NCBI GenBank assembly: GCA_002633005.1
Contig: NMRA01000620.1
Coordinates: 158,999 to 222,998 of the forward strand
Origin: Phoronis australis
Lineage: Eukaryota > Animalia > Phoronida
Length of the DNA stretch: 64,000 nt
Reading direction: 5' to 3'
The translations under genes and the position numbers were made by a program. Under the pieces are notes generated by a model that saw nothing but the letters and a program-made list of their open reading frames with translations, made no database searches and was not told the origin of the DNA. Position 1 is the stretch's first letter. The number at the start of each line of letters is the position of its first letter. Shown here piece by piece: positions 51,001-62,976 of the stretch.

Positions 51001-54000
51001 CACGACCACTCAACTCACGACCCACAATCCCCTTAACCCAATCTACACAAGCTCGACTCGATCTGAACATAGAGCAAGTGCTGACTTGTTGGGCCAATGA
51101 GTTGGGCCGTGAACTCGGATGGCTTTGCATTGTTTTTGCAATTAAGGCAGTCGATTCGGCAAGTTTGAAAACCAAAAACAAAAAAGCAACGCGACCAAAT
51201 CAAAACAAACACCTACCGACATTACAAATGTCGTTCCAGGCAGAGTGTAATTGTTCAATGAATGGTAGATTCAAGCCTATTTGGAACAGTGCGAAGAACC
51301 GACGCATATGTTTTTCAAGTTCTTCAGTCAGTACAGTTTGAAAAAACAAACTGTTAACTAAAAAGCACTTCAACGTATAGCGAGTATGTGGTAAATGAGT
51401 ATAAGACAAAATGCAAAAAATGTGAAATTATGTAAAAACACTCACACGTTTTCGTCCTAGTAGCACACGTTTTTATCCCTTAATAAATAGTTAGAGGAAG
51501 TCATAAGGAACCAAACAGTACCTATCCCATAACCAATAAACAACCCGTAGTCGAAGAAAGTTTGAATAATCGCGCCACTCATGATTCCGACCTGAACAAC
51601 ACATGCACACCGCCATTTTGAACTAACCGCGAAACCGAAGTACAGTTCATTCAGGAACCCAGCGCTCCTTAACTTTAATAAAACCGAAGTAGGAACAATC
51701 TGTACTGAAATTGTTGACAAAATGAGGCAAAACAAATTTTGACAGAAATTATTTTGCGGGACTCGACCTGCAGCCGACGACCCGGTGCTGGTAGAGACCA
51801 CTGCACTTGTGAAAGGAGAAAGCATGCCGTCCCTGGCTGTTTTATCGGAATGAATGGTTCAAATCATAAATGCAGTATTCATACAAAGATAGTTTCAGAC
51901 ACTTGCATAAAATTACGGACTTAGTCACAGTCCTGTGCCAACGATTGAATAACAAGGTCGACTATGGCGGACTAGGCTAAGCGTGCTTTACTGAGTGTAA
52001 TTAACTCTGGTAAACAAACAGTATAAACAGAACAACGATCATGCAATATCACAATAATAGAATAAAACTGCAACAGTTAGAATATCCTGACGATTAAACT
52101 TCCGAAAATATCGAAATAAATTTGGACGGAAACTAAAATACCGACGGTGGTCTCCCGCGACTTCCGTTACGGCCGGGCGGCTGACTGCCAACAGTACCAT
52201 TTGGTGGCGAAATAAATTCAGTTAGAAAATTTGCCATAGGTCCAAATGGTATAATGCAATTATTAATAATTTGAAAGAAAAAGGAATAATTCCCTCTCAG
52301 CCAGAAACATTCATGTAAGCTGCTACCCGGCGGTGCCGGGCCGCCTGGCTTGCCGTGCGCGGACATCGGTGCTCCGCGGGGCAAGATGAACATATTAATT
52401 AACCACCAGGTACTTGAATGAGTGAAATTCGTGTGAAAAAGAGATTAGAAATGCTGCGTCATGCTCCTAACACTACAATATTTGCCCATCGCGGACATTC
52501 AGCTCATTGACTACAATTAACTAAACAACCCCCCACCCGCCGTTTGCGTAGCAGAATTTTATATTTAAGCAACAGAGGTGTATATTGTTTTTGTCAGGTT
52601 TTGAAATATTTTTCCCTAATAATCTAAAATAAAAGCCAATTTAGCAAGTGATTATTTTCCCAGCGAAGAGTCACGGCAACTGCAGGTTACTTTGTCCGGT
52701 CATTGAAATCAAGCACAGGTGCGCGTTATTGCAATTGAGGTGTGGAGTTCACTGTTTTGAGATAAAACTTTTATTCGTTGAAACATCGTCATGTAAGGAT
52801 TTTTTTATTTTACATTTTTAACAGCCACTAAAAGCCGGTGCCGAGTTGCTGCCAAGTGCGCAGAAATGCACTCACACGTCCGTGTAGTCACACGGCAATT
52901 GCTCACTTCAGGCTGGTGCTTTGCATCAGTTTCACTATATGACGATAATGATAAGACATTTGCTGATCTAGAATTTGTTTTTCCTCTAATTTATTACCTT
53001 AACGGATATTGTTGCTGAAATTTTATGTACCCTCGCGATGAGTCAGGGCTGACCTCAGAAGCCGTGTGTTGGCTGCGGGAGATGCGACGAACTTCACACG
53101 ACAAAGTTTAAACTTATGATTATGAGTTATATATCATTCGTCATACAATATGCAAAGAACAGGTAAAATACGGACAATGAATGCTCACGTTGTGTAAAAA
53201 GAACCAAAATGAGGATCAAAATCAACCAAACAAAGTAACAACGCGTTTATAAGCTCGCGGTGATGTCAATAGGTTTTCAAGGACAACATGACAGTCATCC
53301 ACGAATCGTTCCTAAACTAATGCATAGGAGCTCAGGTCAGGGAAATAATCGGAAATAGTCGGTGATTTTCTGATCTCAGCCCAGGTACAAAATTGTGCTC
53401 AAAAAGACTTTCCGTTGATAAGAGAAAGGATGTGAACATTTTACAATGTTACATAATGATTGATTTGGTATAAGTTTTTGAACTAGATTATCCTTTGAGA
53501 TAAAGACTTTTAAGTCTCCCTAGAACAGGGCCTTTGGTACCCGCTCTTTGAATTATTTCCTTGACAAGGATAGCACGCTCACAATCCGCTATTTCAGATC
53601 ACGTTCTCACGCTATTTCCTGGTTTTAGCTAGCCACCAGACTTGAACCAGAGTAGATTGTCTGTAGGTATAATGTCTTATGGAAAAGTCATTCAGCGACG
53701 TAATATGCTTATGAAATGTGTCAAAAGCGCAAAGATACATCTATTGTTACAGGTAATTTGTCGAGAGTGCAATGGGTCGTGAGTCGTGGGGTTTTAGGGG
53801 TCGGGGGTGTTTTAGAACATTCCGATACGTTCAACGTACAACCAAGCAATCGAAGATGTATTATAAAATTTCGATACTCCTTCCAAGTTGATTGGCGCTG
53901 CCGCGGTTATGAAAAAAACGACATTCAAGCTGACCACTAACTCTCACTGATTATTGGAAAGCAAAATATAACCTTACTTCAATAACCCTTTCGTAAAAGA

Positions 54001-54700
54001 CGCCCCACAGTATTTTGCTAAAAGAATGAACTTCAGAGCCAAGTTTTCTCCTGAGACAAGAGACCCGTGTTTTACTGACTACGTTCAATGAGCGTTGGCT
54101 GGTGTCAGCTCTTCAGATTTTGAGCTCGATCCATCACGAGAGACCTTTCAGATGTTTATTTAGGTTTTGGCTGACTGTCAAATATTAAATTCACTTCCAC
54201 AGACGCGCCTAATTTGTTTTGGCATTTTTCTGAAGGAAATACGTTTCAGCAACTTCGAATGAAAATAGTTGTCCAACTGTGAGAGGAGTTACATCGATTT
54301 GAAAAGTGAAAGTCCCGGTCGGAATTTGTGTCTTCGGCTATAGTAAACTGATTTGTGGAGAAACTTGAATCCCCGGACATTTGCATTGCGGATTGAGTTG
54401 GGCACCAGTGAGAGCACTGAAAACTAATGGATTGTAGATACCACAATAAGTAATTGAATTGACAGTGACCCAGAGAGCGATTGCGCAACTCAAAGCAGCT
54501 CGTTTGGCCTGAAGAGAAAACTCGTCTATGACAGAGGCATAATATTTGAGTGTACAGTGTACTATGATGCAATACCTTTTGAGAAGATGAACAGTGGCTT
54601 TCTACTGTTAAAGCTTGAGACACCGTTTCAGCTACAGAGGTGAGTGGTTGTAAATTTAAAATCTTTTCCGAAAATGGCAACTGACCGTCTTTCTGCACGA
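48020..54700 (-). pseudogene. Degraded multi-exon minus-strand gene, Sola2-like transposase N-terminal half (copy B)
   Basis: Exon ~48023-48281 reads SYVTTSQSHCDFSKLVCSNSMKCITGKC...ECHCDNGKCGCLN after a TTTCAG acceptor; further blocks at ~48400-48480, 48560-48887, 49700-50110 and 53975-54700. Confidence 0.45.
50956..53823. mobile_element. Mutator-like (MULE) non-autonomous element, 2.87 kb
   Basis: GGATTGTTCTAAAAC ... GTTTTAGAACATTCC termini, CACGAC/GTCGTG subterminal repeats, perfect 9-bp TSD GATACGTTC (50947-50955 and 53824-53832). Confidence 0.9.
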
Positions 54701-54807
54701 GGCGATGTTATTCATGCCTCTCAGTATGTATATGCATGAAGGTATCTGTCAGCTAGGACTGCCTAACACTTTTTAAGTAGATGTACGTAGGTCGGCGGCA
54801 CATACGT

Positions 54808-55532
54808 ATGTACAGTGTTTGTATGCATTTTTTTGTATGTATGAATTTGGCTGCAGTGGGACTGACACTGTTCTTAGTTTTGATATTTTGTTCTTTTTTG
54901 GTGTCTGTGTTCTAGCAGATAGTTAGTGATTGGCATGACCACCTGGGGTCAGCACATTTGGGAATAGTGTGGATCGTTCTTGAAGAGACTAGCATGTAAG
55001 TGATCAATGTGATGTGGAACATTCTATCTAGATCGTACTCTATGTTTGTAGAATGATTGGGTAGATTCAAGAAAGTTCTAAAATGTGTTTGAGTTGGTGA
55101 AAAGTTCTAGATTCTATGAATACCCAAGCACGGGTTTGTGACAGTTAGTTGAAAGTCAGTTGAGTATAGTTACAAGAGAGTTACAATTGAGTTACACTGA
55201 AGAGAACCAGCAGTCACAGCGACGGTCAATGGAGCAGCAGTGGCACGATATAGGGTACAGTGCAAACGCGCATTTTAAAATGTGTCGATGAGAGCCAGCT
55301 ACAGACAACAGATTATTGAATCCACTGAACGAGTGCAACAGTTGCTGCAAGTGTCTCAGAAGTTCATCACAAGTCAAGGCTTCGCAGCACTGGCTGGAGC
55401 ATAGAATAGACATTAGGTCGGACGTTTTGTTTGAGTAGGCCTGTGAATGTACGGTCGAGATTTATAAAGCGATTAACTATAACTAGTCTCCAGTCTATCG
55501 TTGCACCGAAAGCCATTAGCACGGTCGGTAAC
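54808..55532 (+). mobile_element. LTR-like segment; related inverted fragment at ~59815-60030
   Basis: Absent from the paralogous unit; GTTAGTTGAAAGTCAGTTGA and TAGAATG.TTG.GTAGATTC motifs occur in reverse complement near 59815-59930; termini not clean. Confidence 0.4.
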
Positions 55533-55538
55533 GGCCTG

Positions 55539-56867
55539 CGCCCACCCACTCACGGGGAAAACGTGACGTAATTAATTGTGAACGTATGCATATATTTATG
55601 TATGTGTGCATAAAATTGCGGTTATTATTTACTTGATACTAATATTTTCTGAATCCTCTCGCCATGGTGATCATGCTGATTCCAAAAATGTATTACTCGC
55701 ACCGATTAGGCTCTTCTTATTCATGCATTTATTGTTTTTACGAGGTGTTTATTGAAACGAGTCAATTTATGTCAAATAGCCACCCGACCCACAGCAAATT
55801 GCAACAAAAGGTTTTACAGTGGTTATGTGCTCTAATGCGTATACTTATTAACACGAAAAAGTCTACCAAAATCTGACCACCGGAAATGGGTTAAAACTGC
55901 GTCATTTCCAAGATGGCCGCCATGACGTGTAATGAACATAACATTCTTGGATGAAAATATAACCTACTCGTTCATGCGTCATGTCGACGAATAAATACTT
56001 TATTAGCACATGTTGTTCAGTCATTTTGATACTGACAGATGCCTTTTAGTAAAGGGGAATTTTGCAGGCTTAGTTATTGAGCGTAATACAACCTATAACT
56101 TGGTACACATTCTCTGTCAGTGCATTCCAAACACGGTACTTCATTAGATTGCAGTCAGGACTTTGTGTGAAACATCTTATAATTAACCCCAATTAGCTCG
56201 TTCTAGGACTTGAAAACACAATGACTTTGCAAAATGTAGAAAATATAAAGGCTAAAGTTCGAAACGTTTCTTCGACCAGCAATATAATAAACAAATCAGT
56301 CATTTTTAGTTCTTGAATTTTAGCCGCATTCTTGAATTTCATATCAAATACTGATCATATCTTAATTTTAACCAGACCAGGAAGTTGCTCACCCATCAAA
56401 ACCATAGACTAGAACCAAAACTTATGTCTCTATCTCACTTACTGAAGAAATTATATCTATTTTTGATGATTTCGAAACATCATGGCGGCCATCTTGGAAA
56501 TGACGCAGTTTTAGCCCATTTCCGATGGTCAGATTTTGGTAGACATTTTTCCTGTTAATAAGTATACGCATTAGAACATAAAACCACTGTAAAACCTTTT
56601 GTTGCAATTTGTTGTGGGTCGGGTGGCTATTTGACATAAAGTGACTCGTTTCAATGAAGACCTCGTAAAAACAATAAATGCATGAATAAGAAGAGCCTAA
56701 TCGGTGCGAGTAATACATTTTTGGAATCAGCATGATCACCATGGCGAGAGGATTGAGAAAATATTAGTATCAAGTAAATAATAACCGCAATTTTATGCAC
56801 ACATACATAAATATATGCATACGTGCACAATTAATTATGTCACGTTTCCCCCGTGAGCGGGTGGGCG
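55539..56867. mobile_element. Foldback element with ~390-bp inverted arms
   Basis: 55539-55925 is the near reverse complement of 56480-56867 (mirror ORFs 55664+ and 56742-); ~550-bp spacer. Confidence 0.88.
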
Positions 56868-58291
56868 AATTTTTGAAAGATGAAATGTTGTCATTAGGCG
56901 AATATAGCGATTTTGAGAATCAACTTAGTGGATTAACGGTCCTACCGTGGCTCCGTTCGCGTACAACTGAACATTATAACCAGGTTTCTGTTATGAAAGT
57001 AGAGACAGTATAATGCTGAGTGTGGATTCACTCTCTGGGTTTGGTTGGATCATATCTCAGTACAAAACAACTCTTGTCTCACTTTACTGCAGCGTTGTCT
57101 CTGTACCTCTTAGTGTGTTACCGGTTTGTGAATTCGTCCTTATTAAAACCAAATATCCACAATCTATTTTTGAAGCCTCAAACTAATAAAGTTACAACGC
57201 ATGATAGCGACAAACTCGAGTCTTTCATCACACTACCCAAAAACACGTAACAATAACAAGAATGCGTTACCTAAGGAAAATCTTCTGTAGACAATCTTAA
57301 GTATCATGCCTGAAGACGACTTATGTTCGGCGCACAATTTCAGCCGACTTCATCAATGGTTTAACAAAAACCTATTCTTCTTCAACCTGGCCTATGTTTT
57401 TTTTCACTGTTTGCCTGAAGCCTGGTTTTGATAGACTAGATAAAGATAGAGTTTAGCCAAGCCAGGTTTGAAATATACAATGCAATCTGCTCTGTTGATA
57501 TAGACTAACTTGGCAAATTATCGCAGTGTTTCGGTGAAACCTTCATCATGTTGTGCATATAAGTGAAACAGTAGTAGAATCAGTTAAGTCATTTGCTGGT
57601 TGGACTGTTACCAATAAATGAGTAGAAAAAGATCAGAAAAGGTATGTTTCAGAGTAAAAAGTATCCTAACAGAAATGATTCGAGAAAAGGCCAATGTCAT
57701 TTAGAAAATTGACAAAAGGTGCAATTTTGAAGACACAAACAGCGAAGGAAATTAAGGAAATCTCGGCAATGAAGGCCAGAAAGGAATTTTCATTAGTGAG
57801 AGAAGTTGTAAATAAAATCAGGTGTCCAGTGGCGGATCTAGGATGTATTGGTGACGGCAAAAAATTCTGTTTTGCGATACCATAACATAAGCACACACAC
57901 AAAACTACGCGTCAACGATTAGCCGCAACATAATTTATTTCTGTACCACTTTATTAATTACTTTTTTGTCGTTGGCCAAGAAAGGAGTGCTCCACGTTCC
58001 CATACGCCCATCAACACGAGTGCGCTAAATGAAATATGCAGTTAGCTATATGCTGAACTCCCAAATCCATAGCGGGCATTGCTCGCTGATAGGCGTTTCT
58101 TCAGGAACAATATTTCTAACGCATAAACTGGTATTAAGCTGGTAAGTGCGATATTCTGTGTACTAGCCTAAGGTTCGACCAGTTCGCGGGCTCGTGTTTG
58201 CATCTTGTTTGACTGAATGGGGGTCATTGTCATCGTCACCCACACATCATGCCAGTGTCCTCAATGAATGACGGACATAGATTCAACCATA

Positions 58292-58373
58292 TTTTTATTT
58301 ATTTTATTTATTATTGTGATATTTAAAATGAGGGTGGCCTCTTCAGCGATAGCACTGCTTTCCAAGAGGGCCA
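58292..58373 (-). mobile_element. Short 5'-truncated retroposon with (TAAA)n tail
   Basis: (TTTA)n run followed by a ~55-bp segment; absent from the paralogous position near 34210. Confidence 0.5.
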
Positions 58374-59176
58374 TTGTTTATCTTAGAGAAATCAAACATA
58401 ACACGTGTACATGTATAGGGCATTAGGATATTATGTCGAATTTAAAAACTCAAATAGTGGACGTAGCCGTTTACGTTTCTTTTATCTCTTGCACATCTCA
58501 CCCATTTACCCAGGTTCATGATTTGCACGTAGAGACACCATAATTCCGAGCTTGGATTTCGTGTCGGGATTAGTGGTTGGTTCATTTTACGAATCAACCT
58601 TCCCATTTCTGTGTTGTCGTTTGCAGTTTTTGTCTTTACTGTAAATAAGATTCCATAACTAATTACTCGCCATTATGCTTGCAAACGAGGTGTTGTGTCC
58701 AGATTAAAATAGTTCTGCGGGATGTTGTGAACACGCGCGCTTTCACGTTTTCATTGTTAAAATTGATGCTAAAACGAGGCATTGTGTCCTAAACAAAAAT
58801 GCAAAACAATCACTTTTGCGGCGCCACCAAAGTGTGCAAGCAATGAACTCATTTTCGATGCATTATAACTCACCCATAAATAGTAAAATTACAACTTGTA
58901 CTGGATTTAACTCCGAGCCCTCCATCAGATTGTACAAAAACTCAGGGCTCACAAAATATGAGGTGCTCTTGCCAGTGTAATTAATATGCCCTCAGGGAAA
59001 TCATTTGAGGACAACCTTATGTAACCTGGCTGGCGATGACTTATGTTCAGCGCACACTTGGAGTTTCAATATTCCGCCAAGTAGTAGACTAATACTCTAA
59101 TGAGCATTGTTTGGATCTTAGAATGACAAAGTTTGATTGTAATGCATAGTTTTGGCTTAGCTTTCAGGCAAGCTAG

Positions 59177-62100
59177 ATGTGCACTTCCCTTGATAAAGTA
59201 GATCATTCTGCTCATAGTGAGGATGGTGACATCACGCGTGGATATAGTAGACTGGACACCTTCCTGATCCTCACTGTCTTGCTGGGTAATTTGGCACGCG
59301 TAAGTAGTATTCAGTATGCTTTAAATGACACATTACTTGATAATAAGTCATACTTCTGATGAAGAAACATGGACGAAACGTTTGTGTTGCTATAATTTCT
59401 GTGAGCCTGAGTTTTATGCGCAAGGCTGATTTGTAAAAACACTCTCGTGGTGTCATTCGGGGGGGGCGTTTTATTTTGGTCTTTGTTGTGTAAACAATTA
59501 AAAATAATTTTGAAAATAGTCACCGTGATTTAGCTTCCACGTTCCTGTGAAATTGACATTGAAATTTCGCTAATTCTACAAATTAGACGTGGAATAGAGC
59601 ATAGTTACAAGGAAGGGAAGAAGGTGTCAATAAAGAATGGCACTGCAAATAATATTTCAGAGGTTTTACAAGTCATAACACACAACCCCTCAGTCATTTT
59701 AGCAACTGAACAACCTGCTGCTTCTATAGCTGGCTCTCAGTTGAATAACACTGCAACTGTTGATTCTGTAACTACAACGCAACTCAGTTCTCACTCTATC
59801 TTCAAGTCAAATTTCAACTGACTTTCAACTAACCGTATCTGAATATTTATAGTCTCTTACAATGCTCTGAAGATTTTCATTAAATAAAACACATTCTAGA
59901 AGTTTCCGGAATCTACTCAACCATTCTATAAACACTATACTCTACTTTAGAATTATACAGATCATGTATAAGTATAACTAAAAACTGTAATTTTCTAGAA
60001 TGTTCTCTAGTATTCAAATTACATCATCACTGCTACAAACTAGTAAACAAATAGAACAGATAAATAAAAATCACAAAATAAAGCCAGTGTCCGTCTACTC
60101 CTGACAGATGGTCATACCTACGGTACTTTCTGTCATTATAAATCACTAAAAATTTATTACGTTTTGGTACATGCTGATATAAATCAACATAAATGTGCGT
60201 TAAAATGATTTTAATTATTTCGGAAAACAATATGAATGTTACAGATGTAATGAGTCCCCTATCCATGTGTGTCCGTTCGCCCAGTCATTTGTATCACCAA
60301 GATGTTAATCTGAAATATTGCTTTAGAATTACTCAGACCAAAATTAATTTAAATGAGTTCATACTTCAAATAAACAAATTAAAAATATTCTTTCCTCTTC
60401 ATTTTCGATAAGATGAGCACGAAAAGAATTTCAACGCAAACCAGATTAATCAAAATGTATTCTCAACTCATGCCCTTTCAGCACGAATTCATTATGTCCG
60501 CGACAATTTAGTCGTTTTTCCAGAAACACTGAGCACATTATGCATACAAACATAGTGTCACTGCCTGCCTTTCCATGACCAGATTTAGGATCAACAACTT
60601 ATAGGTAACTAGGGCCAAACAGCTTTAGTGGCACTTCTTGTCTCTCTGCCAATGGCTTTGTTAATCCTGTATCAGCGGTAATTGTATAGTCTGCACCTTA
60701 AAAGGTTACCAGAAATGGGTAATACTGTTTGCAATTGGCTACTGTTGTTATTTACAGCGCCTTCTAATCGACCAAAATATTACATTTTAATCTACATTTT
60801 ATTTATACGTTATGAAGAAATTGTGTAACATGAAACGGGTAACTTTTTGAATAGTGAATTATCAGAAAACAAATCAGAAATCGAATTGTGTATCGCATGT
60901 AGGCATTTGCCTCATAATACAGTTTGCATTACAACTTTACAATGATGAAATTTCAGCATTTAGCACTGTTGTTCTTGAAATATATAGCGCCAGAGTTTTT
61001 TAGTTCACAAAGATCATGGCTTTGAAATAATCAAACTATTGGGGCTTCATATGTCATATTCATCAGCAAATATCTGCACACATTATCAATGACAGGGCAG
61101 TGGCCCTTTATGAAATATAGTGAACCTCCTTTTCAATTTGACCAGTACTGCTTATTCTACAAATTCTCTCATCCCACCGTGTTTCAATGTAAATCTTTTG
61201 CACTGATGACCAAAAACGAGCAATTATTATCCTTAAGCAGTGGTTTAATAACTTCTCATATTTTCCACTCTGTAGTTCCGTTTTTATGGTGCAATAGAAC
61301 TGATATTTAGTCAAATGATTAATTAAATGCACAAAGTGAATTCTGTACGTTACAGTCAATTAATGTCTGGCGAAATTCTGAAGAAGATGAATCTACGTCA
61401 CGTGGTGCGCATAACCATACCTGTCCAAACCCTGGAAGTATACAGTTTTACAGAACGAACCCAGTTGTGTGAACTAGAAATACTTTATTTTCCCATGCAT
61501 GCTAAGTAAACACGAAATGTTCTGACACGTGGTGAATACCTTGCCTGTAAGCGGTTGAAAGAACGCAATTTTATTTTGAATATAATGATTAGTATATTGC
61601 TTAAATGTTTAAATTGCCCTAAATAAATCGTGTAAATTCACAAAGACGGATAATCTAATCAGTCAGTTTTCACTTTCCTGTCGTCGCCTTTAGGTCCAGT
61701 GTTACATTTGTTGTCTGTGACAAGAGTTGCAAGCCGTCTTCACTTGATGAAATGCTTCGGAACAATCATGAAGTTCGATCCGTCGAACATCAGATATGAT
61801 ATCATGAATTTAGTCAATCAAATCCTAGATACGATGTATTCTGTTGGAATTCAATCCATCGAATTTCTGCTACAATGTATGGGATTGAAACTCAGTCTAT
61901 CGATTTGTCAGTATACGTGATATTTCTGAGCAAGCCAGTAGCATCTCTTCAAGAATATCAGCTCTGTAGCAAGCTGGTTGCATCTCTATAACAAATATTT
62001 GCGATACCTTCTTAAGTAGCTAACAGAATACTTATACTGAAGAGAATAAAGGTGGGCGAGTTATATCTAAACATAAAGCACACAAACTTCCTCCAAATGC

Positions 62101-62976
62101 TACTCATAGTTCTAAAACAATTCATCGAACGAAGTCGTAGGATTCCAACTATGAACTCAGGTCATCCCAGATATGGTAACGGAAAGTAAAAGCTTTTTAA
62201 AGTAACTTCTGATGAATAATAACAAGATTATTGTTGCTTGAAATGACTTGCCACTAAGTTGACCAGGTCCGATGTATTTTAAAGTTTATAGCTCTGCTAG
62301 CATAACACATGGTCAAAGACAACTATGCTGATTGATTTCGTTTCCTATGCACTCATAGGAGGCAACAAATTTTGATAAACATCCAAATACATTTAATTAA
62401 TTTCACAACTTCCACTATATTCTTGTATTAATACTTCTCACACAATAAATTAGTCCCATGCACATACCAAACCCAAGTAATGTTTCAGTATCATACTCTA
62501 AATGATGTAGGTGTTAAATAAATGACATGTTCATCCTACATAATATCTTCATGTAACATGTTCCCCTACAGCTTAGGGACAACTGACTATCACGGAATTC
62601 CAAATCATACCCGGTTTAATATGCTGTTCATCAACTTAACTATCTTAAGCGTTTCGTACTTATATCAGCTTCTATGCAGCATGGTGCTAGCAAAACCGAA
62701 CATGCAGCGCCACCTCCTGTATTCCTTTCCCGTTAATCTCTTGCCTCGGGTAGTCGTATTTCAGACAGCTGATGGCACATACTCTCTGAGTCCCCAAATC
62801 AAGTGTTCAGAGCTACTATTGTTAGGTGTAGATATTTCATTCGTTCGGCATTTCTATTAATTCAGAGCATGTACTTGACAATAGATGTAGGTTCTACGTT
62901 ACCTGACCTTTTGCAAATCACCAACTCGACAAGCATCAACTGTTCTTGTTCTGTGGTCTCTTGGGCTGCTTATTGG
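59177..62976 (+). pseudogene. MFSD4-like MFS transporter gene 3, disrupted (exon 1 59177-59299; exon 2 from 62866)
   Basis: Exon 1 is intact with a GTAAGT donor at 59300. Exon 2 has a net 8-nt deletion (AACTCG-A-CAAGCA versus AACTCGGCGACATCTCAAGCT) and is cut after CTTATTGG by an LTR. Confidence 0.85.

Noticed and set aside
52322-52350. Helitron 3' hairpin
   Set aside because: Hairpin present, but no convincing CTRR/T boundary or 5' TC end located.
57309-57340. CTGAAGA as a possible hammerhead ribozyme core (also CTGATGA near 34908 and 47589)
   Set aside because: No stem II followed by a properly placed GAAA; the 57309 and 34908 sites are homologous upstream sequence.
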